A DNA stretch of 64,000 nucleotides from Terriglobia bacterium (GTDB lineage Bacteria > Acidobacteriota > Polarisedimenticolia > Polarisedimenticolales > JAIQFR01): NCBI GenBank assembly GCA_963748015.1, contig CAVVHE010000004.1, forward strand, positions 256,001-320,000, given 5' to 3'. Position 1 is the first letter of the stretch; each line of letters opens with the position of its first letter. The notes under the pieces are model-generated. The model saw nothing but the letters and a program-made list of their open reading frames with translations, was not told the DNA's origin and did no database searches. Made by a program: the position numbers and the translations under genes. Shown here one piece after another: positions 9,429-18,974 of this stretch.

Positions 9429-11423
9429 CTACATGCGGTCGGGGACCTCGATGCCCATCAGCCCCAGGAGGTGCACCATCCCGTCGTGGTACAGGCGCAC
9501 CATGGCGGCCCGCACCCTGCGGACCGCCGGGTCCTCCTCCTGGGTCACGGGGAATCGGTGATAGAAGGAGTTGAAAGCCTGCGCGAGCACGTAGGCGTGC
9601 TTGGCGACCGTCGCCAGCTCGAGCGACTCCACGGCCTGCCGCACGACCGCCTGGACTCGGGAGAGGAGCAGGGCGAGGTTCCAGTGCTCGGCCACCGTCT
9701 CCGGCGCGAGCGCTCCGAGGTCGACCGCCGGCGCGAGAGTGGCCGCCTCGGCCTCCTCCCTTCCGTGGCGCTCCGCGACCTTCGCCAGGATGTTCCTCGC
9801 GCGAACGACCGAGTACTGCAGGTAGGGCCCGGTCTCGCCCTCGAACGCGAGGGCGTCGTCGATGTCGAAGGCGACGACCCGGTTCCGCGAGAACCGCAGC
9901 ATGTAGTAGCGCAGCGCTCCCACGCCGATCGCGGAGGCCGTGGACCGGACCCGCCCGTCGTCGAAATCAGGATTCCGCTTCCGGACCTCCGCCTCCGCCC
10001 GCGCGAGCAGCGCGTCCACGAGGTCGTCGGCGCGCAACCCGAGCCCCTTGCGTCCCGACATCTCGAGATACGGCTTCGCGCGCTCCTCGTCGCTGAGCGG
10101 ACGCTCCGGGAACATCGCGGCGACCGCGGCGGGCGTCAGCGCGACCTTCTCGTACGAGAAGTGGACGGACGCGTCGGCCTCGCGGTCATGGCCGAGCGAT
10201 CTCAATCCGAGCGCGACGACCCGCTGCAGGTACGACTGCCCGACGTCGATGACGTTGTAGACCCGCGCGCTGTGCCCGAACTGCGGATGCTCGCGAACGC
10301 CTTCGCCGTGGGTGCTTTCCCAGAGTCCGTAGAGCGGCGCCGCGGGAGACCAGTCGAGCGGCTCGTAGCGGAAGTCCCGGCCGAGGAGCCCGAACTTCCA
10401 CATCTGGTACGCGATGTCCTTCCCGACGTAGGTCACCGTACCGTTCGACCGGACGATGACCTTCTGGTCCTCGCCGGCCCCCTGCTCCACTCCGGGAAGG
10501 TCCATCACCCAGCAGCCGGCGTTCTTCCCCTCGTCGAGCAGGCGGACCGCGCCGGCCTGCTTGAGGCGCGCGAAGGCGTCGTCCCAGAACCGCAGCGCGA
10601 GGATGTCGCTCTCCTTGGGGAGGAGGTCGTAGCGAACCCCGATGCGATGCATCGTGGCGAGGTGGTGCCGCGCCATGCGCCGCGCGACGTGGGACGCCAG
10701 CGCGGCGACGGGGTTGTCCCCCGCCTCCATCGCGTGCAGGGTCTCCTCGCGGTGCGCGTGGCGGGACTTGTCCTCCTCGTAGAATCGCGTGACCTCCGCG
10801 TAGAGATCCCACGCGATGTAGTCGAACCTCTCGCCGCGGGCCCGGAGCGCGTCCTCCGCGTAGCGCTCCCTCACGGCGGCGAGCTCCTCGCCGCGCAGCA
10901 CGCGGAAGCCGACCACGAGGTCCGCCACCTGGACGCCGGTGTCGTCGATGTAATTCTGGACCTCGACCGTCTCGCCGAGCTGCTCGAGGCAGCGGACCAG
11001 CGTGTCGCCGAGGATCGCGTTGCGGAGGTGGCCGATGTGCGCGGCCTTGTTCGGGTTGATGTTGGTGTGCTCGACGGTCGTCTTCGGCGCGCCGTCGGCC
11101 GGCCGGCCCGCGCGGTCCTCGAGGAGCCACCGGCGCAGAAAGGCGGTCCGGTCGAGAAACGCGTTGAGGTAACCCCCGCCCGCGACCTCGACGCGCGCGA
11201 TTCCGTTCCCGGGCTCGAACGCGGCGGCGATCGCTTCGGCGATCGCGCGCGGGGGCCTCCTCGCGGAACGCGCGAGCTCGAAGCAGATGGGGCTCGCGAG
11301 ATCGCCCTGCGTCGCGCTCGGCGGATAGGAGAGCGGGACGGAAGGCGGCTCGATGCCGAGCGCCTTCGACGCGGCTGCGCGAAGGGCCTCCTCGAACGCT
11401 CTTTCGGGCGAGGTGCCGGTCAC
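9429..11423 (-). CDS. argS: Arginine--tRNA ligase
   Basis: VEHTNINPNKAAHIGHLRN (HIGH), MSGRKG, FEGETGPYLQY, DALR-type C-terminus. GTG start with RBS GAGGAG. Confidence 0.96.
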   Translation of the reverse strand: MTGTSPERAFEEALRAAASKALGIEPPSVPLSYPPSATQGDLASPICFELARSARRPPRAIAEAIAAAFEPGNGIARVEVAGGGYLNAFLDRTAFLRRWLLEDRAGRPADGAPKTTVEHTNINPNKAAHIGHLRNAILGDTLVRCLEQLGETVEVQNYIDDTGVQVADLVVGFRVLRGEELAAVRERYAEDALRARGERFDYIAWDLYAEVTRFYEEDKSRHAHREETLHAMEAGDNPVAALASHVARRMARHHLATMHRIGVRYDLLPKESDILALRFWDDAFARLKQAGAVRLLDEGKNAGCWVMDLPGVEQGAGEDQKVIVRSNGTVTYVGKDIAYQMWKFGLLGRDFRYEPLDWSPAAPLYGLWESTHGEGVREHPQFGHSARVYNVIDVGQSYLQRVVALGLRSLGHDREADASVHFSYEKVALTPAAVAAMFPERPLSDEERAKPYLEMSGRKGLGLRADDLVDALLARAEAEVRKRNPDFDDGRVRSTASAIGVGALRYYMLRFSRNRVVAFDIDDALAFEGETGPYLQYSVVRARNILAKVAERHGREEAEAATLAPAVDLGALAPETVAEHWNLALLLSRVQAVVRQAVESLELATVAKHAYVLAQAFNSFYHRFPVTQEEDPAVRRVRAAMVRLYHDGMVHLLGLMGIEVPDRM

Positions 11424-11522
11424 GTTTCCTCTCCTCGGGGGCACGGACTATACAACAGCGGCGGGAGCTTCGAGGACCGCACGTGGCCCGCGGCTCGGTC
11501 CCGGGGCCTCCGGAATCGGCGA

Positions 11523-13217
11523 TCAGCGCACCGGCGCGGCGGGGCCGCTGGCGAGAGCGGCCGAGAAGCCGGACAGCCCTTCCGGCGTCACGGCCTCGAT
11601 CCGGTACAGGTAGCGAAGCCGGGGATCGGCCGTCGTGTCGAGGAACTGGTACGACGCCGGCGTCGTGTCGTCGCCGAGAGGGGGAACCCAGATCGGGTTG
11701 ATCCGGATCTCGTCGTCGGCGCCCTCCCGCCGGCGCAGCACGTTGAACCCGGCGACGGCGCGCTCGGACGCGGTTTCCCAGGTGACGAGCAGCGCTCCTC
11801 CGGGGGAGTCGGCGGGGCGGACCTCCATCGCGGCGATCTCGCAGGGGAATCCGGGCTCCCGGTGCGCGGACCAGGTGTAGCGGTGAGACGCTCGGCCCTC
11901 GCCGTCCAGATTCCGCACCAGCAGGATCGCCTCGGCGACGCCGGTCAGCGGGACCGTGACTCCGCCCCGCGATTCCGGGGAGAGGTCGAGCGCCAAACGC
12001 CGCATGCGGCGCTCGCCGTCCACGAGGAGCAGGTCGGCCTCCCAGCGGGTCGCGAGGTCCCCCTCGAAGCGCACGGTCAGCCCGCCGCCGCTCTCGCGGG
12101 GCGCGATCAGGATCTCCGCGGCGCCGGCGGACGACACCGGAGGGTCTCCCTGAACCGAGAGCGCCGGGAGGCCGTCCGCCTCCGCGGCGAACGTGGGGGA
12201 GGGGAGTCGGTCGGCGAACGAGAAATGGCGCCCGTCGGAGCGGTCCCCCGTCAGGAGCGACCAGAGCTGGAACTCTCGGAACGCCGCCGCGAACGTCTCG
12301 CCGACGGCGCGCCGAAGCGCGCGATCGAACGCCGCCGCGACCGGCGCGCCCGTCGACACCTCCTCGACGGCGAGGCTCACCGCGGTCAGTCCGTACGCCT
12401 CCCGGAGGAAGGCGAACCACACCGCGTTCCCGGCCGCCAGCGCGAGATCGTCGGTCGCGAGCCCGGCGTCGAGCCTCGCGAGCCGGCGCGCCATGAGGCC
12501 GGCCTGCCGGCCGTCGGGTCCCCCCGACGCTTCGAGGACCGCCCAGGTGGCGATCGCCTCGCCGAACCCGGCCGGCATCGCGGGACCCGCGGCGAGGGCC
12601 ACCGCGTGGGCGAACTGATGGATCGTGGCCTGGCGCGCGGCCGCGGCACCGCCGCGCGGCGCGGCCTCGATCACGAGCAGCGGCCGGCCTCCGCGGCCGG
12701 CGGGGATGAGGTAGCCCTCCATCCCGCCGCCGAGCTTCGCCAGGAGGACGTCGGCCGGGCCCGGACTGGGCAGTCCCATCTGGTCCACGAACAGGTGGCG
12801 GGTCGCGGCGAGCCCCTCGAACACCGCTTCCACCACGTCCGGCTGCCCGTCGGCGTCGCCGTCCGTCGAGTCCACGCGGTCGAAGGACGATCGCTCGGTG
12901 CTGAAGCGGACCACGTTCCCGTCTCGGTCGGCGACGCGCCTCTCGCCTGCCAGGGCAACGTCGAGATGCAGGAGCGAGAGGGCTCGTCTCGCGGCCGCGG
13001 TCCCCGAGGAGGGGTCCTGCCGGAGCGACTGGATGAGGGGCGTGAGGCAATCCCCCGGGAGCGCGCCTCCCCCCGACAGGGCCGCGAGGGACTGCGCGCG
13101 GGTCGCGGGCCGGGACGCGTAGCCCGCCTCCGCTCGAGCGGGGCGATGCGCCGCGCCGGCCGCCAGCACGAGCAGCGCTACGAGTACGGGTCTCCACCTT
13201 GCCGAGGTGGCGAGCAT
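11523..13217 (-). CDS. Secreted zincin-like protein (MXAN_6640-like) with HQxxH motif and C-terminal FN3-like domain
   Basis: Signal peptide, DSTDGDADGQPDVVE, TIHQFAHA, GEAIATW, C-terminal VTWETASE..GFNV..YQFLD..YRIEAV. Confidence 0.6.
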   Translation of the reverse strand: MLATSARWRPVLVALLVLAAGAAHRPARAEAGYASRPATRAQSLAALSGGGALPGDCLTPLIQSLRQDPSSGTAAARRALSLLHLDVALAGERRVADRDGNVVRFSTERSSFDRVDSTDGDADGQPDVVEAVFEGLAATRHLFVDQMGLPSPGPADVLLAKLGGGMEGYLIPAGRGGRPLLVIEAAPRGGAAAARQATIHQFAHAVALAAGPAMPAGFGEAIATWAVLEASGGPDGRQAGLMARRLARLDAGLATDDLALAAGNAVWFAFLREAYGLTAVSLAVEEVSTGAPVAAAFDRALRRAVGETFAAAFREFQLWSLLTGDRSDGRHFSFADRLPSPTFAAEADGLPALSVQGDPPVSSAGAAEILIAPRESGGGLTVRFEGDLATRWEADLLLVDGERRMRRLALDLSPESRGGVTVPLTGVAEAILLVRNLDGEGRASHRYTWSAHREPGFPCEIAAMEVRPADSPGGALLVTWETASERAVAGFNVLRRREGADDEIRINPIWVPPLGDDTTPASYQFLDTTADPRLRYLYRIEAVTPEGLSGFSAALASGPAAPVR

Positions 13218-13347
13218 CGTCACCCGACCTCCGGAGCCGGGGCGCCCCCCCCGAGCGCGCACCCGCAAACCTCGAATATAAGCGGAACCCGCCGTTCCGT
13301 CAAACGAACTCGTTGGAATCCCGGCAGTTACGGGCGGGTTCCGGGCC

Positions 13348-14088
13348 TCAGGGCACCTGGACCACGACGACCGTCACGTTGTCCTCTCCTCCGCGCGCGT
13401 TGGCGGCGTCGACGAGCGCGCGGCAGGCCGCCTCCGGCTTCCCGGAGTTTCCCTCGAGGAGCGTCCGGATCTCGGCGTCGGTCAGCATCGTGTTCAGCCC
13501 GTCCGAGCAGAGCAGGAACACGTCTCCGGGAAGCATCTCCTCGACGACCATGTCCATCGCGACCTCGGAGCGGCTGCCGAGGGCCCGGGTCACGATGTTC
13601 CTCATGGGATGGCGCTGCGCGTCGTCGTCGGAGAGCAGCCCCAGCTTGACCTGCTCGTTCACCCAGGAGTGGTCGCTCGTGAGGCGCGAGAGCTTGCCGC
13701 GGCGGATGAGGTAGGCGCGGGAGTCGCCCACGTGCGCGAGCACCGCCTTGCCGGGGACCTCGAGGAGCGCGACGAGGGTCGTGCCCATGCCCCGGTGCTC
13801 GTCGTGGAACTGGATCGAGTCGCAGATCCGACGGTTGGCCTCGAGGATCGAGGCCTCGAGCAGCCGTGACGCGTCCTCGGCGCTCGCGGCGTCCGGATTC
13901 CAGCCGCCCCTGCGCATGGAGTCCTCGATGGCGTCCACGGCGAGCCGCGACGCGATCTCCCCCGCGGCGTGACCGCCCATCCCGTCGGCCACCGCGTAGA
14001 TCCTCATGGCCGTATCGACGAGATAGGCGTCCTCGTTCTTCTCTCTCCGCCGCCCCACGTCGGTGAGGCCGAAGGCGGCCGGCTTCAT
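13348..14088 (-). CDS. PP2C-type Ser/Thr protein phosphatase (Stp1/PrpC)
   Basis: TDVGRRREKNED, VADGMGGH, GMGTT, AHVGDSRAY, LCSDGL, GGEDNVT. Confidence 0.95.
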   Translation of the reverse strand: MKPAAFGLTDVGRRREKNEDAYLVDTAMRIYAVADGMGGHAAGEIASRLAVDAIEDSMRRGGWNPDAASAEDASRLLEASILEANRRICDSIQFHDEHRGMGTTLVALLEVPGKAVLAHVGDSRAYLIRRGKLSRLTSDHSWVNEQVKLGLLSDDDAQRHPMRNIVTRALGSRSEVAMDMVVEEMLPGDVFLLCSDGLNTMLTDAEIRTLLEGNSGKPEAACRALVDAANARGGEDNVTVVVVQVP

Positions 14089-15056
14089 CGCACTCCTCCC
14101 CGCGGCGGCACGCGCCGCGCCTCCGAGGCGCGCCCCGTGCGCAGCTCCTCCAGCTTGACGGACGCGGCGGACTGCGTCGGATCGAGCGAGAGCACCGCTT
14201 CGAGCTGGGACTCGGCTTCCTTGAACTGGCCGGCCCGGAGCATCGTGAACGCCAGGTTGAGCCGCGCCTCCACGTAGTCCGGGTTGAGCGCCGCCGACCG
14301 GCGGAACGCGCCGAGCCCCTCCTCGACGCGGTCGAGCTGCACGAGGCAGATCCCCCGGAGATTGTGCAGGTCGGCGAACTTCGGGTTCACGGCCATGCAC
14401 TCGTCGAGCTCCTCGAGCGCATGCTCCCACTCCTCGGCCTTCAGGTACTGCAGCGCCTTCCGGTAGTGCTCCGCGAAGCGGTCCGGCGCCGAGAAGAACG
14501 CTTCGCGGAGGAACTCCCGCGCCTCGTCGAGCATCCCTTCCTTGAGGCGCAGTAGTCCCTTTTCGTAGGGGTCGCGCACCTGCCGCAGCTTGAGTTCGAG
14601 CGCCTCCGCGAAGCGCGCGGACGCCTCGTCCTCCCGTCCGACGTCGAGCAGGCAGAACGCCAGGGCGACCCTCGCGGCGAGATAGCCGTGGTGGCTCGAC
14701 AGCGCGGCCTCGTATTCCCGGATCGCCTCCTCGTGACGGTCGAGCCGCTCGAGGACCCTTCCGTGGCGGTAGCGGATGTCCGGGTAATCCGGGCTCGCCT
14801 CGGCGGCTCGGGCGTAGTCGCGCTCCGCCGCCTCGAGATCGTCCTTCGACTCGAACCGCTCCGCGGAGCTGACGAACGTCTCGGTCATGTAATACCGCGC
14901 GAGACGCCGGTCGCCCTCGGTCAGGGCCGGCTCGTCGCGGAGCGCCTTCCGGAAGAAGTCCACCGCCTGCTTGTACTCGTTCCGGTAGTAATGGTAGATC
15001 CCGGACTTCACGTGGTAGATCCCCATGAGGTTCAGGATTTCCTTGAGCAGGCGCAT
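14085..15056 (-). CDS. Tetratricopeptide repeat protein
   Basis: Multiple TPR units (PDYPDIRYRHG, NPKFADLHNLRG, NPDYVEARLNLA). Confidence 0.9.
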   Translation of the reverse strand: MRLLKEILNLMGIYHVKSGIYHYYRNEYKQAVDFFRKALRDEPALTEGDRRLARYYMTETFVSSAERFESKDDLEAAERDYARAAEASPDYPDIRYRHGRVLERLDRHEEAIREYEAALSSHHGYLAARVALAFCLLDVGREDEASARFAEALELKLRQVRDPYEKGLLRLKEGMLDEAREFLREAFFSAPDRFAEHYRKALQYLKAEEWEHALEELDECMAVNPKFADLHNLRGICLVQLDRVEEGLGAFRRSAALNPDYVEARLNLAFTMLRAGQFKEAESQLEAVLSLDPTQSAASVKLEELRTGRASEARRVPPRGGVR

Positions 15057-15077
15057 CGTCGGTCTCCCGCGGTCCGG

Positions 15078-16181
15078 TTACTTCTTCTTCGACTGGGAAG
15101 GCTGCTGGTGCCGCTGGTCGTAGATCCGCTTCGCGTTCCTGCGGATGATCTCCGGCACGTTCTTGTCCGTCCCGAGGCGCTTCAGGTCCTTGTCCGTGAG
15201 GCGGGGGATGAAGTTCAGCGAGATCCCAGGAGGCGTCCTCGGGTTGCGCACCAGCGCCGACGCGATCGTGTAGCTCTTCGACCATTCGCGGCCGGCGCCG
15301 ACGGTCCGGAGCACGGCGTCCGAGACGTTGCGCGCCGCCGCGATCAGCTCGACCTCTTGCTCGGTCAGCCTGGGGTTCTTGAGGACCGACAGCGCGACGA
15401 CCTTGTTCGTGTCGCGGATGAGGATCGTCCTCTCCTCGCGCCCGCCCTTCATCGCGAGCAGCGCTTTCCGCGCGGTGTTGAGGGACACGATCTTCTGGTA
15501 CGCGCTGCGCACCGCGGGATCCTCGGCCTTCGCGAACTCCTCGCCGTCCAGGATCTCGCTCGCCGCGAACAGCTCGCCGACGTCGACTTCGAGGAGCCGC
15601 GCCGCCTGCCGCGCGGCCACCTCGTCGAGGGGAAGCGAACCGTCCGGCGGGAGCTCGCCCTCGCCCGCCGGTTCCTCATCCTGGAAGAAGTGCGCGAGGA
15701 GGTCGAGGATGCGGCCCCGCTGGTCGGTTCTCAATGCCGGGTTCGAGGTGAGCCGGTCCAGGAGCCCCGGGCTCTCGAGGAGCCGGGCCTGGTTGGTCAG
15801 GACGAGATCGATCACGGCCGAGCTCCCCTCCGATGCGAGGACCGCCATCGCGTCGTCCCCGACGGACGGGTGGAAGGCGATGATCTCCGCGAGGGCCTCG
15901 TCCCTCGCGGCCCGGCCCGCGAAGTGGCGCAGGACCTCCGCGGCGCAAGCCGGGTCGGCGAGGATCTCCCGGATCGTCTCGGACTGCAAGGAGGAAAGGC
16001 TGGACTCGGCCTCCCGCCGGACGCTCTCGTCCTCGTCCTGGCGAAGGCGCACGAACAGCCGCGCCAGGACGGTCCTCGACAGCGGGAGGACGCCGCGTGC
16101 CGCCGCCATGCGCAGCGGCAGCGGAGCCGTCCCCTCGAGGACCCGCGTCGTCAGGGCGTCCGCCGGGGCCGTCCCGCTCAA
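15078..16181 (-). CDS. Conserved hypothetical HEAT/ARM-like helical repeat protein
   Basis: Repeated LxxNP motifs, LIRDTNKVVALSVLKNPRLT, ALVRNPRTP. Translationally coupled to the rodZ-like gene. Confidence 0.75.
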   Translation of the reverse strand: MSGTAPADALTTRVLEGTAPLPLRMAAARGVLPLSRTVLARLFVRLRQDEDESVRREAESSLSSLQSETIREILADPACAAEVLRHFAGRAARDEALAEIIAFHPSVGDDAMAVLASEGSSAVIDLVLTNQARLLESPGLLDRLTSNPALRTDQRGRILDLLAHFFQDEEPAGEGELPPDGSLPLDEVAARQAARLLEVDVGELFAASEILDGEEFAKAEDPAVRSAYQKIVSLNTARKALLAMKGGREERTILIRDTNKVVALSVLKNPRLTEQEVELIAAARNVSDAVLRTVGAGREWSKSYTIASALVRNPRTPPGISLNFIPRLTDKDLKRLGTDKNVPEIIRRNAKRIYDQRHQQPSQSKKK

Positions 16182-17080
16182 GGAGTCCCTCCGGGCCTGT
16201 CTTCCCCCCTACGGGAGAGATCCACGCGGTGGTCCACGAGGGAAGAGCCGTCGGCTCCGGCCGGAACCGGCTCGGTGCCGGCGATCCCTATGCGCAGCGC
16301 TCCCGCGTCGTCGACCGTGACGAGAAGCGAGTCGCGGCAGTAGAGGCTCACGAGGGCGCCCTGCGGCAGCGACTCGAGGCCGTGGACCCGGTCGTCGCAG
16401 CGAATCGAGCCCTTGACCGGCCGGTCCACGACGATCTTCGCCTCGACCCCTTCGTCCTGCGTCGCTCCGGACGGCGCCGCCTCGGTGCCGCCCGGAGGAG
16501 CCTGCGCGGGGTCCTTCGGGGGCGCGGGCTCGGGCCGCGCGGACTGGGAAGGGGATCCCCCCGTCGAGCCGTCGACGGGAGGCGTCCCGCCCGGCCCCTC
16601 GCCGGGCGCCGCCGCGCCGACGGCGGCGTCTTGCGGCGCCGCCGGACGGGTCCCCCCTCGAAGCCGCCTCAAGGCCGAGATCCCCAGAGTGCCGGCGATC
16701 ACCGCTGCGATGAAGACGACGACGGCCACCGCGATCCAGAGCCCCCGCCGCGAGCGAGGCGCTTCCGGGACGGTCCAGACGCGGCGCGGCTCGCCGCCGG
16801 CGCGCCGGCCCCGCTCTTTCTCTTTTTCCTGCGCACGGCTCTCCTGGGTCCGGAGTTCCTCGAGGTACGACTCCACCATCGCCTCCGGGTCGATGCCGAT
16901 GTACTGCGCGAACGCCCGGACGAACCCCTTGTTGAAGACGCCGCCCGGGAGGTGTCGAAACTCGTTCTTCTCCAGCGCGTCGAGATACCGCGAGTTGATC
17001 TTCGTCGCCTCGGAGATCTCCTTGAGCGAGATCTGGCGCAGTTCGCGCTCGCGCTTCAGGGTCTCGCCGAACGAGGACAT
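16178..17080 (-). CDS. rodZ: RodZ-like HTH membrane protein
   Basis: FGETLKRERELRQISLKEISEATKI..YLDALE..LPGGVFNKGFVRAFA, then one TM helix, a Pro/Ala linker and a C-terminal domain. Confidence 0.8.
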   Translation of the reverse strand: MSSFGETLKRERELRQISLKEISEATKINSRYLDALEKNEFRHLPGGVFNKGFVRAFAQYIGIDPEAMVESYLEELRTQESRAQEKEKERGRRAGGEPRRVWTVPEAPRSRRGLWIAVAVVVFIAAVIAGTLGISALRRLRGGTRPAAPQDAAVGAAAPGEGPGGTPPVDGSTGGSPSQSARPEPAPPKDPAQAPPGGTEAAPSGATQDEGVEAKIVVDRPVKGSIRCDDRVHGLESLPQGALVSLYCRDSLLVTVDDAGALRIGIAGTEPVPAGADGSSLVDHRVDLSRRGEDRPGGTP

Positions 17081-17132
17081 CAGTTGACTCCGGGGGGGGC
17101 CGGGACTGTCGGAACGCTTCGGCCGAACTTCG

Positions 17133-17162
17133 ATTGTAGGAAGCGGCGGAAGCCGCTGTCAA
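17133..17162 (-). promoter_or_regulatory. Sigma-70 promoter of the rodZ operon
   Basis: Minus strand TTGACA-N18-TACAAT, about 50 nt upstream of the rodZ ATG. Confidence 0.75.
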
Positions 17163-17950
17163 CCGGCCGGGATTTCTTCGAGGCGGCGCTCGGCTCCGAT
17201 CCGCACGATTCGCGGCGCCTTCGGGTCCGCGGCGAGACGAGAAAGATCGTGCCGGGTTGCGCCGCGGAGCAGCCGTAGCGCGACGGGCAAGGGAGTTCTC
17301 GGGTTGAGGAGCAGGGCCATCCGGACGGAGCGCCTCGCTCCCCACGCGGCGTGCTCCGCGATGGCCCGGAGCGATTCGGGAGGGGTCCGAGCGCCCGAGG
17401 CGATGCGAACGGCGTCCGCCTCGAGGAGACGCGGGTTCCCGAGGAGCGCCCGCAGCACGCCGGCGTCGGAGCACTCCGCGAGCGCCGCGACGAGCGCGCG
17501 GCTCGGGCGCCTCGCGAGCGAGATCCTCTCGCCGAGCGGCATTTCCCCGATCCGGATCTTGAGGATCTCCTCCGCGCTCCGGCGGACCGCGGGGCGCACC
17601 CTCACGTCCTCGGCAACCTCGCCGAGATCCTTGTCCCGGAGATGGGGCGCCAGCGCCCTCGCCACCGCCGTCGGGGTGTTGGGGTGCCGCACGAGCGCCC
17701 GCTGGACCTCGCGGAGCCGGGTCCACTCGCGGTCGCGGGCGACGCGCGAGAGGGCCGCCGCCGGCGCGGAGCGATTCCTGAGGAGCAGGAGCATCTCGTC
17801 CGGTCCTAGATTGGGGTTGTCGAGAGCGCCGAGCGCGTAGGGCGGGGGCGCCGAGGCGAGGCGGTCCCGGAGCTCCGCGGCCGAGTCGCTCCGTCCCCGC
17901 GCCTCGCTCGCGGCCTCGACCGGTTCCCTCGTCGGCGTTCGGCGTCCCAC
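17159..17950 (-). CDS. HEAT-like repeat hypothetical protein (similar to 15078-16181)
   Basis: ALVRHPNTP, ALLGNPRL, ALLLNPRTP repeats. Probable GTG start at 17950; the longer ORF overlaps the M50 gene. Confidence 0.7.
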   Translation of the reverse strand: MGRRTPTREPVEAASEARGRSDSAAELRDRLASAPPPYALGALDNPNLGPDEMLLLLRNRSAPAAALSRVARDREWTRLREVQRALVRHPNTPTAVARALAPHLRDKDLGEVAEDVRVRPAVRRSAEEILKIRIGEMPLGERISLARRPSRALVAALAECSDAGVLRALLGNPRLLEADAVRIASGARTPPESLRAIAEHAAWGARRSVRMALLLNPRTPLPVALRLLRGATRHDLSRLAADPKAPRIVRIGAERRLEEIPAG

Positions 17951-18046
17951 CGGGCCAATATTATCCCGACCCGCGCCCCCTGGTTGGCCTCGGCCGATCG
18001 CTCTATGCTGTCCTCCCGTCCGGCGGAAGGCCGCCGAGAGGACAAC

Positions 18047-18727
18047 GTGGATCTTCCCGCGTCGATCGCCTTGCTGCCGATCTGGTACGTGGTGTTCCTG
18101 CTGTCGCTGACCTGCCACGAGGCGGCGCACGCGTGGGCCGCGCGGAGGGGAGGCGACCCGACCGCCTATCTCGGCGGACAGGTGACGCTGAACCCGCTGC
18201 CGCACGTGATGCGCGAGCCGATCGGGATGATCGGCGTGCCGCTCCTGACGTACTTCATGAACGGCTGGATGATGGGCTGGGCCAGCGCGCCGTACGACCC
18301 GTACTGGGAGGACCGCCATCCGCGGCGCGCGGCGGCGATGGCCGCGGCCGGCCCGCTCGCGAACCTCGCCCTCGCGGCGCTGGCGCTCGCGGGACTCAAG
18401 GCCGGGCTCGCGGCCGGCTGGTTCGGGTTACCCGACAGCCTCGCGCTCGACCGGCTCGTGACCGGCGCGGCCGGCGTCGAGGGGCTCGGCCGCGCGCTGT
18501 CGGTGCTCCTCGTGCTCAACCTGGTGCTCGCGGTCTTCAACGCGATCCCCTTCCCGCCGATGGACGGCGCGTCGGTGCTCGCCGGCTTCGTGCCCCCCCT
18601 CCGCGAGCTGAAGGACCGGCTGCGCGGATCGCCGTTCTCCCTCGCCGGCCTCTTGCTCGCATGGGTCCTGTTCCCGTACCTGTTCCACCCCGTCCTCCGC
18701 TTCGCGCTCGCAATCCTGTACGCCTAG
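18047..18727 (+). CDS. Site-2 protease family protein (peptidase M50)
   Basis: HEAAH, AAGPLAN, FNAIPFPPMDG. Confidence 0.93.
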   Translation: MDLPASIALLPIWYVVFLLSLTCHEAAHAWAARRGGDPTAYLGGQVTLNPLPHVMREPIGMIGVPLLTYFMNGWMMGWASAPYDPYWEDRHPRRAAAMAAAGPLANLALAALALAGLKAGLAAGWFGLPDSLALDRLVTGAAGVEGLGRALSVLLVLNLVLAVFNAIPFPPMDGASVLAGFVPPLRELKDRLRGSPFSLAGLLLAWVLFPYLFHPVLRFALAILYA

Positions 18728-18774
18728 GAATCGCGAATCTTCAACCACTCCTCCTCGCTGGTCCACGACCATAA

Positions 18775-18950
18775 GGGGTGCGAAACCGGCAGCGTCCGGA
18801 GCCGGCCCTTTTCCGGGCCGGCGAGGAACGCTGCCGGTCTCGCACCCCGCGGCCGGGCGCGGGAGGCGGCGGCGTGATCCCAAAGTAGGAGCAACTACTG
18901 CCGGCCTTTTCCGGGCCGGCGAGGAACGCTTCCGGCCTCGGACCCCGTGG
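18775..18950. repeat. Hairpin plus ~50-bp direct repeat between convergent genes
   Basis: Stem 18775-18797 pairs with 18825-18848. Unit 18801-18852 recurs at 18900-18950 with few differences. Confidence 0.75.
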
Positions 18951-18974
18951 TGGGGCACGGGAGGCCGGCCGGCG

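Noticed and set aside
9186..13649. 1487-aa plus-strand ORF, and similar giants (44059-48276 minus, 56324-60460 minus, 57112-60330, 1856-4558, 21348-24401)
   Set aside because: Arg/Pro/Gly-rich shadows of real genes in high-GC DNA with no motifs. Only the last 173 codons of 44059-48276 (Rrf2) are real.
18775..18950. CRISPR array
   Set aside because: Only two imperfect ~50-bp copies, no regular spacers, and no cas genes.
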